Assembly (NCBI GenBank): GCA_051362555.1
Contig: CM120640.1
Location: 23,546,225 to 23,610,224, forward strand
From: Lingula anatina
Taxonomy: Eukaryota; Animalia; Brachiopoda
Direction of reading: 5' to 3'
DNA length: 64,000 nt
Below the pieces are notes generated by a model. The model did not search any database. It was not told the DNA's origin and saw only the letters and a program-made list of their open reading frames with translations. Position numbers and translations under genes: made by a program. How positions within the stretch are numbered: the first letter of the stretch is position 1; the number at the start of each line of letters is the position of its first letter. This document shows, piece by piece, positions 15,201 through 27,200 of the stretch.

Positions 15201-18200
15201 CCTTCTGTGCCTCATGTTGTGTAGCACAGGGCGTACATTATTACACACGCCGTAGATTTAGGGTCCCATTTTTAGAGCAAATGACTACTAGGGACATCTA
15301 TCAAGATGACAATCGTACATTACATTTTGTTTATCAAAAACAATGGGGCCAATTCTTTATCCATATTAATGCAAAAAAGGAGATACATATCTGTAATGAC
15401 CCTCTGAACTTAGCCATCTAGCAGTACGTGAAGGACTGGTTGTCATTTGATTAGTTGGTCATCACAGAAGCCAGGGTTGACACTGTCACAGAAATTTGTC
15501 ACTGCTACTGGTTGTGTGTAGCATGCTCATGCCAGCTGGGTGTAGTATAGACTGCAGAAAAAATGGGGAACTCGTGCAACAAGGTAGGGTATGGTGCCAT
15601 ATTTTAACCTATTTTTATTCTCTTGGGAAGGGTATTGTGGAAGTTGTCCCTTTTTTTGGGTAGAAATAGGGGGGACAAGATGCATTTGGCCAGGTTAGCA
15701 GGGCAGAGGTCACTTGGTCAGTTATTTTGTTGTTGAGTTCCATATTTATGAGAGACAGAAGGTTGGTGTCTTTTAGGTGGCCAGCGTATAGAATAGATAC
15801 ATGCATGGTTACACAGAGGAATTTTGGTTGGGCAGATTGATTCTAAAACTTTAAGTCGCCTAATTAAAGACTTGATTTATACACCACAGGAATTCTGTTG
15901 TAGGCTAGGATTTATATTTCCATTTTCTTTTTATGTAGTTCCAACAGTTTTGTATACCCAAGGCCTATGGATACACTTTCAAAGAATGTGATTCCAATCA
16001 TGTCTTTTGAAAAAGAAAAAAAACTAAGCATTTTGCTCCTAAGACACCAGTGACATAGAGTTATCGCCAAAACTTTTTTTACATCACCAAGGATAACCTT
16101 TGATTTTAAGTGAGATTGTGGTTTTGGGAGTTTTAGATAGGGAATTTAGATATGGGTGTGTGCTCAAGTACTTCATAGGCAAAACATTCGAGTGATGGCA
16201 TTGGAGATATGTTGGAAGATGTGGGTGTGTTGCAATAGATAAGTATTAAGATGTACACCTTAAAGCACACACATATATACAGAAAAGATGCAAGTTAAAG
16301 CATGATAATGATGATGTTATTATTAGAGTAATAGAGTAAGCAGGAGACAGAAATGTCCTGTAAACTAAGAGGGTCATGCCACATGGTGTTTTTGATATCT
16401 TTGAATTTTAATACCACTTTTTTTTTTTTTGTGACATAGAGGTGAGGGGGTGGGGTCTTTGTTAAAAGGCTTCAATAAACCTCCCCAATTTATAAACTTT
16501 CAGAAAGACTGATATTTCATTTTTTGTGCAAAAATTTTAGATACAATATAAATAGCCATGTTTCTAGCAAAACTTTTGATGTTTCTTTTTTCAAGAATCC
16601 TGTTCAGATTTTTTCCCCTCAATTTTGATCATGTATACCATTTAATACATATATTCAAAGGTAGGTAGGCAGTGTGGCGCCTGTTTGAGCTCTTTTCCCA
16701 ATGAAACCACATGGACCTAAGGTGACTGACATAGCTACCCGTTACTATGACCAGGATGGTGTAGGTGATTGTCATCAAATGATACTATATGTGACAGTTA
16801 CCCTGGGCCTTTATTATACACCTAGAAGACTGACACCAGATGGATAAGTAGTCGATAAGGACAGCTGTGAAAATATATCTTTCTGTCACCAAAGAATAGG
16901 CGCCAAAATGAGGGCTACACCACATTGTTGTGGGTTTCTGTATAATTTATTGGATGTTTGTTATCTTCAGGATGGTATTTTGAAATACTGGGAGATAAAG
17001 CAGACAGACAGTAAAGCCCGATTATGCTTCGGTAGGACTATGGGGCAAAGCTTTACAGTAAAGATACCACAAGAGTCTATTTTGGAATAAAATGTCTTTG
17101 GTGTCTGTGTATGTTTCTCCCTTCTTTTACTCTCCAGTTTTTCTTGTGTCATACGGTGTCATCTTATCACTACTGGACAGGTAGTACAAATAACTCTGCA
17201 ATGCTGACAGGAGAAAAGCAAGGTAGACAACTAGTGCCTTAATTAGGGACTGTCTCGGTGCTCTTGCTTGTAGGTTGAGTGAATCGAGTGTGACTAGCAT
17301 ATAAAGATATGCTTAATAGATTAAAACAAGGTCCGCATAGTTTGTAATGAGTTAGACATTGTTTTGCCTGATACAACGGTTTGCTTGTCTGGTGTTGTGG
17401 TGGTTGTAGTTGACTTTGGATAGTTTTCTTAGAACATTTGTCAGGATATTAATTGAAAAACAAATCACTTTGGTGACACCAATCAATGAGGAAGGCAAAG
17501 AAACTTTTTCTTTCTTCTACAACTTGGTAAGAATTGCAGGTGTCAAGTGAGCCTTTGTTTTAGTGCTTGGTCAGTAAACACATTAATTTCAAAACCATTG
17601 TTTTGAGAAAGGCTGTTGTTTTTTTACTGCACTTCATAACCTAAGGGAAAAATTGATCTCGTGGTTTCCATTTCAAGAGAGGCTGACAAGAATATTCTCA
17701 AAAAAAAGTTTCTTCAAAGGTTAATAGTACTTGTAATAGTCTTGATGGTTCTGCTCTCTGCCTCCTGATGGCTACAGATAACATGTTTTCCAGTCCTTTC
17801 TGTTTGATGTTGATCTTGCAGTACTTTGAGTAGGATATGAAAGCTGCATGTTTTTTAATATGTGTATATGTTAGTAATGCTAAATTTCACATTGCCTGTA
17901 ATGTCATAAGTAAGAGTATTGATCTGAATATGACATTGCCCTTTCACATTGTTTTGTTATATTTTCTATTAAAGTTTTGTATATTTTAATACTTACTTAC
18001 TACAAGAATGCGAAGATACGATTATATTAAATCTAAATAAAGTAAATGTTAAATGTTGTGAAAATAGTTGCAGAACTATGTTTTGAAATGCTATGCACAT
18101 TCAGCATCAGCACCGCAATGCACACTGGCCCAAATAAGCACCCTGAGTTGCCAGTAGCACATATGCACCAGCCAAACAGCACACTGTATGATGATGATGA

Positions 18201-21200
18201 TGATGATGTGCCACTCTTTTGCTTTTGCCATGTTGTAACCCTGTGTTCTGTGTGCTTGTGTTATACAGCAGAAAGAGCCTGAGGTAGAGGAGCCCAAACA
18301 CACAGAGCCTGAGCCTGAGCTGCCTCCAGAGCCAGAGCCCGAGCCACCAGTAGAGACATCTGTAGAAGCTGAAGTTAAGGCGGAGGAGGTGAGAATTCAA
18401 CCCCCCTATTCCCCCCCCCCACCCCTCTTTCCTTTAACACCAGCCCAGGGATATCCTTGGTTTACTGTGCAAAACATCATAATATCCCAAGCAGGGTATA
18501 ACCAGGCTCAGGATGAATACTACCAGTTTGAACTGAAGGTGGCGATGTCAGGACCCAGCTCTACTAACCAGTTTCAAATACAATGCATGATTGTAATGTT
18601 CATTTCACCCCACTGCATTTGTTTTCTCTCTGACACAGATGACGAGTTTGAAAAGATGTTTAAGCTTGAACTAGTCCTTACGTCCTTACTAAGGATGGTT
18701 TCGGCATGTTTTTTTTTTTTTTTTTGGTTTCCACTGCAGGTGATGGTCATATTGTTAGCATGTTTTTTTTTTTCAATTACAAAATGAATTTGAATTAAGT
18801 TTCAGAACAGTTGTACTAACATGTTTGTTTTCAGTTCATAATCATGCATCTGACCTCCATCTTATGTTTTGGATATTCTTTTTAACCAGGTGTCAAGCTA
18901 TATTAGTTACTATATATATATAAACATTGTAAGGGTTATGGTACCATGTTTTGCCTATACCTAGCAAGTACATGCATCAGCACCAAGTGGGATAAAGGTT
19001 GTTTTTATATGATATTAAGGAGCATATAAGATATTTTAGTAGTGACAAGGTACCCTGCATGCTTAACATATTCTGGACTTTGAGTGGTAATAAATTTGAG
19101 GCTGACGTGCAGATTTTAGCTCTTCTCCTATATTATTTTTGTGATTTTTGTTTTAGAACTGAATGCAAAGATGAATAATGTTGTTTTGAGAAATAGAGAA
19201 CTATGATTATTTTTGTCACAAGTTGTTACTGGTTTTATCTCAGTGTATCATTACTTAAAATATGTCAGTTAAATGGTAATGCCTTGTGAATTTACATATA
19301 ATATTGTATATTCTTTGTACACAAGATAACTTGCATGTGGATGAAGGTTTTCAGTTTTAAGCACATATGGAATTATAGCCATTTAATCAAGGTGCCATTT
19401 ATGTTTATACTAACTGGAAAATCTATTTTTGAGCCTGACTTCTTAACATATTGCTTTCCCACGTTTACCTCCCCCCCCCCTCCCCTCCCCCCCTCCCCCA
19501 GCCCTTTATGTCTGAAGAAAGGTAAATAATATATAAACAATTCGTAATGGATTTAGTAAAAAGAAGAATGGAAAGGAAAAAAGGTTTCTTTGCCAGTGGC
19601 TGACAACACTAAACAGATGTTTCAGTTCTCCAAATAAAAATAATAGGAAAGAAAAAAAAAAAAGAAAACCTAAGCACAGTTGTTATGCAGGCAAATAAGA
19701 TCAGTAATAAAACCAGTGCCAGTTGGGAAAATTGCAGTTAGCAAGTTTAAACACATGCTATGGTTGCATGTTTTTAACTTGTCTGTGCTATGATTAACAG
19801 AAATTTGAAGTAAGCACATTGCTGCTTTTCATCAACAAAGTGGTACAGTGATAAAAAGCAAATAGTCGTAACATCTGCCATTCGGATTTTTTAGGAGGCC
19901 ATTTCTGTTGTTTTGACTTTTGTTTTTCAAACCATCTTAGTTCATGCTTATGGAAGTGGAGATGTGTTTGTAGACTAACAAGTACACTTTGTTTGCATGT
20001 TGTCTTGTTATTTGTCTTTTTTTCCAGTTCTTCATTTTTTGCATGCAATTCCCCACATATCAGCCTGTGTGCATGTCTGTTTTTTTATTTTGACAAATTA
20101 ACCATGGTACTGGTGGTTCGAAATTTTTTTTATATAAGGAAGACAGTAAAGATATTTTCCTTGTTTGCATGTTAACTTGGTTTTGGCAATAGTATTTAAA
20201 CTAGAAAATCACTCAGAGAGTGCAACACTTTGCCAAGGCAGCTCAATTCTGACTATTGATTTATTTAGTAATAGATCACCACCAAATTCTTATGAATTCT
20301 CTGTTAGTCCATTTCTTGCCTATCCTGAAAATTTTTATTGAAATCTGTCTGTAACTTTTTGAGCTAGGGTGTTAACTTACCAACAAAGGCAAAAAGATAT
20401 AAAGGTGAATGAGATTGTGAAAATACTACATTGGTTGATAGGAGGTGGAAGGAATGATATAATATTATACCATTATAGAATATTGTGAATATGATATTAT
20501 TCCATATTAGATCATATATCAGCCTGTGGCTTTGCCAGTAATCATAGGATGTGGTATGGTTCAGAGTCACTTACATTAAGTTATCCTTGAATTAACAGCA
20601 TGGGTGGAGAGATTTGGGTTGACATCAGATTGATTATCCTAGAATGCGTAGGATAATGACACATTGTTTATGTAATTGTAGCCTGTCCAGAATGGATCAG
20701 CTGTGCAGGAGGACCACTTGGAGGTGGAGAATGAGACAGGAGAGGTGAGAATTCTAAGGGAAAGAATATTAGATTTATTAGATGCCCTAGCCATTCAGAA
20801 CAGATATTATATGACAATTTTCCTTCCTCCCAGGGGTGAGGTGTGGAAATAGATTTTAATGAAATGGGTGACATTTTGTCATTTTATGTTAGTGATAAGA
20901 TTGTCCAACATTGGATTAATGAACCCTTTTGTGAATACTTCTATGGAACTTGCTTTTCAGTGATGTATGTGATCTTTGCTTTGTTCGTTTAACTTAACAC
21001 AGAAGAATTGTTATTTAACTTAACACAGAAAAATATTCTGAACACATTATGTGTTACATCATCAACCTGGTTGCTCTAATCACAGCTTTCTACAATGTGA
21101 TTTGCTTATAGATTACATTACTTACTGACCCTGACTGCTTGTTGTAGAGCACATTATGAAATATGTTTCAGTATCAGGCAGTGCAATAATTTGAGTCGGA

Positions 21201-24200
21201 AAGCTTTAATGCTGGGCAGGAATGGTATATTGTAACTGTACATGTAGTGTCCACTGTGGGCAAAATTGTAAAAAAAACTGATGCAAGATTGTTAGAAAGA
21301 CCACTTCTCTTAATTAAAAAGGGAAGTGCATTACAAAACTGAAACATGAAATGAGAGGCTTGAGCAAGTCTTGAGTTATTCATAAAGCAGCCGTGTTTGA
21401 TTGGAATACTTCAGTGTGATAATATATGTTTTTTCGGCTCTAAATATTTTTGTTTGAAAAGAATAGACAGTAAACAATTGGTTTTTAATAATGTTAGAAA
21501 TATTGAGATACTTATGATGGAGATAGAGATAGGTAATTATCTGGAGGAAGAGTTTAACAAAAAAGAAGATAATTAATTCCATTTTTCCTAATTATCATGT
21601 ACATTTTTTCCCCATAATATTCATTGCTTGCAAATACATTGTCTGTAGCAGATTGAGGTAGTGACTTTCCTTTCTCTACACAAAAAAATTGAATATTGAA
21701 CTTTGCACAGAATGTGTTCCTTCTAGCATGTTATAGATTATATTAGCCATGGCTGCAATGATTGATTGGGTGTCATAAAACAGCTTTCCTCGCAATTGAT
21801 ACTGTAATGTGATTTGTATTCAGTCTTCATGGGCAATTTACAGACATGTTTTAATTAACCTTTCTGTCTTCTTCCCTACCCAGCTGAGTAGCATTATCAT
21901 TTCCATGAAGTAATTCAAGAGAGAGGAAAATTTCCTTTCATGTAAGATTTAGGTTTATGTAATAAGGGAACGGAGGGAGTATTGCGTGTGTATATACTAG
22001 GACTTGGTTGGTAAATGAGTCCATCTATTTTTATTAACATTCATCTCTAATCATTTCACACCTGCCTCACAGGTGAAATGATTTAAAGATTGTACGTGGC
22101 ACTCAAATACACCTTTTGGTATGCTCTGTCATGAAATTTCCACGAGGAATTATGTAATCTTATTTTATTTGAGCAATTTCCCCTACTTGCGTGGGCACCT
22201 TTGAAATTCTGTTATATATTAGTTACAGCAATAGTTATCCACTGTATGTGATGTACAAGAGAGTAATTATATGAAAGTGTAGCCAAGATATAATTTGCTT
22301 ATGAGTCTGCTGACGTAACTTTTCCACCTGGTCAAAATGGTAACAAAAACTAATCAACAAAGTGGACATGACATAAGTTTTCATGTATTTAGAATTAACA
22401 TGTGATGCTTGGAAGTCAAAATTTTCATCATTTTAGGCAAACAGCAGGGCAAGCATTCCAAGGCAAAAACACCTTTTGTTAATAATGTTTTTTCCAGGTG
22501 TAAAATATAGTTTTAATGGGGTCAGTGATGTTAGTGAGCGATAAGATAAATAAAGGAATCTGATAGTAGGAATGGCGGAATAGAAAATAGCTGACTAACA
22601 TTGCAATCTCTATTAACTTCTGTTGGTTTCCTTTGCTTGACAAATGTTTGTGGAAAGACTGACTTCAGATAAATGAACTGTATTTCAGTCTGAGCCACAT
22701 CATCATACAGATACATCCTCCTCGGCTTCAACTCACACTGGTAGTGAGCAGGTAAAAAAATGACTATACTCAAAGTCATGAACAGTATGTCTATTGTATT
22801 TCTGGTAGAAAAAAATGTGTATTAGAAGTAGTTGTATTAACAGCGAAACCCTGTCTTCTTGGCAGCATGAATTCTCAGTAAATTTGATTTTTAAGTCAAC
22901 AGTATTTTCATTCTTGTTAGACTTTGATCGGTGACTAACTGTTCAAAGTCCTACAAACTGGATGTAATTTGTTTCGTTTTTTTTTCCTTCTTTCTATTTT
23001 GAGATAGTTTGTGTTTAACTGCATTGGATCCCATCTGAAGTATTGTACAGCTGAATAACACATATAACATGCTAATGGTTATCACTAACCAATAGAAATG
23101 GCAGCAGCATATAAAAGTGTGGATATATAATTATATAACATGATAGGCAGGGCCATTGGGATGTTCTCCAGTACTATAGATTTGGGCAGTGTCAATGTTG
23201 GTGTGACTCTGTGTTTGGCTCCTTACTATTTATATGACTTCAAGGCTGTTTCCCAGTGTGGCTGACAAGGACAGAGTACTAATACAGAGTTGAGACTGGT
23301 TGTACCAAAGACACATTGTTTTGTCTACCAGGTTTACTAAGTTCTGTTATTGTGGGTATAGGTTTAGATTTGGTGAGAATGCTTTAGCAGGGAATATTAC
23401 ATCTGATCACATGTGTGTTGTGGGGTTAAGGTTGCTCTACTGCAATAGTGGTAATGCAAAACCACATAATAGAGTGATATATGTTAAAGTCATGTATACT
23501 GTGATGTTTTTTGATCCCTTGGCGAGGCTAACATTTCTGTCTGTCCTAAACTGCTGATTATGACAGTGATGTCTTGAGAATGGTAATGGTATTATTCTCA
23601 AAGTTCATGTTTGGTACAACCCTAATATTCCGGTTTGAAAATAGAATTTATTTAATCCACATGGATAAGGGATTAGCTGGTGTTTGGGTAATGCACTATA
23701 GTGATCTCTTTTACAGCATAGTCTGCGTTCTGAAGCCAGTACATCTGAGAAGGAGCCTTCAATTCAGTCTGAACAGGTATTTGTGTGCTGTACCAGATAT
23801 AATGATAGTTTTTAATCTGTTTATATATAAAGTCTTAGATAGCCACTGCTTTTTAAATTTATTTATTTATTTATATTAGTGCAGTGATGTTTTGTGAAAT
23901 TCTGTTCAAATTTCTCTTTACAAGTACTATACATAATTTCTTCATTGTCTAACGACAGTGAAAATACTTTGTATCAAGTGTCATTCTTCCTCGCAGCACT
24001 TCCTGGTATTTGCGTTCATCTTCATCTGATGTACAGAGATCAAATGTTAATTGCATCTAATGGCGAATGGATGGCTGTTGTTACTAGATCAATTGTGTAG
24101 AACCCTCAGAGACCTGCAGCATCATTTTCTCATATCCTATCAATAAATCAGACTCTGAAGAATCAATTTGTGTGGTTGCCTTTCAGCATGAAGTGAGTGC

Positions 24201-27200
24201 TCCAGAGTCTGCTGGATCTGATAAAGAGCCTTCAGTACATTCTGATAGGGAACCCTCAATCTCTGACAAAGAGCCATCAGTCCATTCTGATAAGGAACCT
24301 TCTGTTCATTCTGATCACAACCAGGTACTTGCTCTTATATGTGATCTCTGCAAGTAATGGATCTGATCAAATATGGACACCTAATGCTTGTAAATTATAC
24401 TAATGAGAGTAAGCTTGGTTGGTATATATAGATATATTCAACAGGTTTTAGGTTCTAATATAATGTCATGCAGCATTCAAGTATTGTCTTCAGGGCAAGC
24501 ATGTGTGTGTTTATATTTTACTTAGAATCAGTTAATATAACAAGTTAGAAGTGGGTTACCTCTGGTTACCAATGCTAATTTTAAATATCATGACAGGTCA
24601 GTTGGTCACTTGCTTACTGTGTTGGTATATGTCTAGTGGTATAGCATATTTGGATGAAATGTTTGTCATTAGTGTGGTAGGTTTTGGTTAAAAAAAAGAA
24701 AAAATCTGGATGAGTTAAGAATAACAAGCCATAATTGCAGGACTGTTGTTGTTGTTGTTGTTGCTGTTGTTGTATTAGTGGGCAGTCAGATGGTTCAATT
24801 ACCTACTAACATTATATGTATGAAATGTGTACCTACTGACAGTGTTTGGAGGTGTTTTAAAATATAAATTCAAAATTGCCTTAGTCAGAAATTTAACAAC
24901 TGGGCTTGGATTATACTTCATGTGGGAGTGACTAAATTATCATGTTATTACACTAATTTCATTGTCTATAAAGTTTTTCTTTTATTATTATACACTGAAA
25001 TGTCAAGAATAGTCTTTACTGCTAGATTAAACATTTAAAATTTTTATCTTTAAGGTTGTATATTTGAATCAAAAAAGAGGATCATGAGTATTATCAACAG
25101 TGCAGCAGCATTTTAGCCTGTGTATGATTAAAGAGTTTGAACCATTTCTTGCATGTTGGTTTAAGCAGGAAGAAGAGGACCTGCCACCGCCGCCCCCACC
25201 CCCACCACTGGAGGAGGAAGTCGGTCATTCTGACCAGGTAGAGGACATGTCACCTGTCTGTTATGATTTACGCTTTAGAACTTATATAACAATTTACTAC
25301 TGATTTTTTTCTGAAAAAGTGCATGGTTTATTCTTGTGTATAGACAGAAAATGTATTTACATAAATATTTGATATGTTAAATATACATATATATATATAT
25401 ATCCAACAGATAGGTGTATTTGATCCGACGAGGGAAGTAAGTGGATTGATGTTAGTGATGTTAAATTCTTGGAGACTGCCTTTCTTAGAAGCAACATACA
25501 GAAAGCGAGTATTCTGATAATTCTTGTTAGACTGTAGAGTAAAAGTTGACATTTAGGGCCAGCCAGTTTTCTCCATCCTCAAATTTGTTTCCAGCAAGAG
25601 GAAGCCACAGAGACAGTAGAGGCTGAATATGAACCTCCAGTTCATTTAGAACAGGTACACAGGACCATGGTTTGAATAGTGTTAGGGTTTTCATTGTAGA
25701 TTTATGTATTTTTGGATGAATAAGAATTTACAAAACTAGTTTCTTAAAAGAGTGTGCTACTTTAAACTTGTTATACCAGGAATAGTTTTGACAACTTCTG
25801 ATATTAATAGTATCCCAAAGCATAGGCAATACAGGTCATGTAGGGTATAAATGTGGTAGAAAAGATTGACCCCACCTTTGATATGTTTTAAGCAAGAAGA
25901 GATGGCAGAAGAAATACTAGAAGTGGAACCTGAGGTTATAGCTGACACATCAGAACAGGTACCACCCAAAGCCAAGTTGTGAGGTGTAGAATTAGTCAAA
26001 TAGTCTATTTGTGGGCTTAAAAAGAATTTACAAAACTAGTTTCTTAAAAGGGTGTGCAACTTTTAATTTGTTATGCCAGGAAAAGTTTTGACAACTTCTG
26101 ATATTAATAGTATCCCATAGCATAAGCAATACAGGTCATGTAGGGTATAAATGTGGTAGAGAAGATTGACCCCACCTTTGATATGTTTCAAGCAAGAAGA
26201 GATGGCAGAAGAAATACTAGAAGTGGAACCTGAGGTTATAGCTGACACATCAGAACAGGTACCACCCAAAACCTAGTTGTGAGGTGTAGAATGAGTCAAA
26301 TAGTTCATTATTCCTAGTCAGGGCAGTTGAGAAATAACAATCAGGCAAGACAGAAGGGCCTTTTCAGGCAGATGAGGTATTTGGGAGTACAGTGTTACAC
26401 TAAATAGAGTGGAACTTGTAAAACAAAGAAGAAAGCATGGGAGACAACAGGTGTCATTTATTAATTATCGTTGATAAAGTTTACATTTGGAATGTGGGAT
26501 GGCAATACCAAAATTAATTGTAGTCACATGAATAGGAAGTCATTTTAGAAGTGGACATGGGATAGTAAGTCATAACTATTTATTGTGTCATTTTTGCAAG
26601 CATGCCTAACAAATCTTAAATATGTGGTTTACTTACAATGTGAAGGAGTTAGATTGTCTAGTCAAGGCTAGGTAAAGCCTCTAGTTTTGATGCTAGAATG
26701 GTATTAGTAAATAAGAGAGTTGGTGTCCATTAAAAATCAAAGATCTAACTGTTTGGATAGTCACCATATTTTTTTTTTTAATTAAAGAAATTCAGATGTA
26801 ATTTTATGGAGATATCATGCATGGAGATATGTGGTATATTTAAATGTGATGTAGAACTCACTTTTGAAGGTAGATGGGACAAAGAATGCTGATTGATAAT
26901 TCCAAAAATTGATCAGTGGAATTTAGAGAATCTTATGGTTATTAAGAAACTAGTCACTGGGGCACTTAGTTAACCTTTGACAAGGTGCTGGATTACTATT
27001 ACACTGAATTATGAGAATGCTTTTTCTTAGTGTGAGGATGTGCCACCACCCCCAGAGGAAGAAGAACTATCTACACACTCAGATGAGGTACATTAATCCT
27101 TTTTGAAATATTTAAAACCTGTTAAGGTATTATTAATTGACCAACATACACAGCAGCATTGCTGTGGAGAGTAGAGAAAAAAGTCAACTCTGGACATTGG

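Larger units (their letters stand above)
25722..26304. repeat. Recent direct tandem duplication, 300-bp period, each unit carrying one cassette exon
   Basis: 25722-26004 aligns to 26022-26304 with scattered substitutions, all in the intronic parts. Confidence 0.93.
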
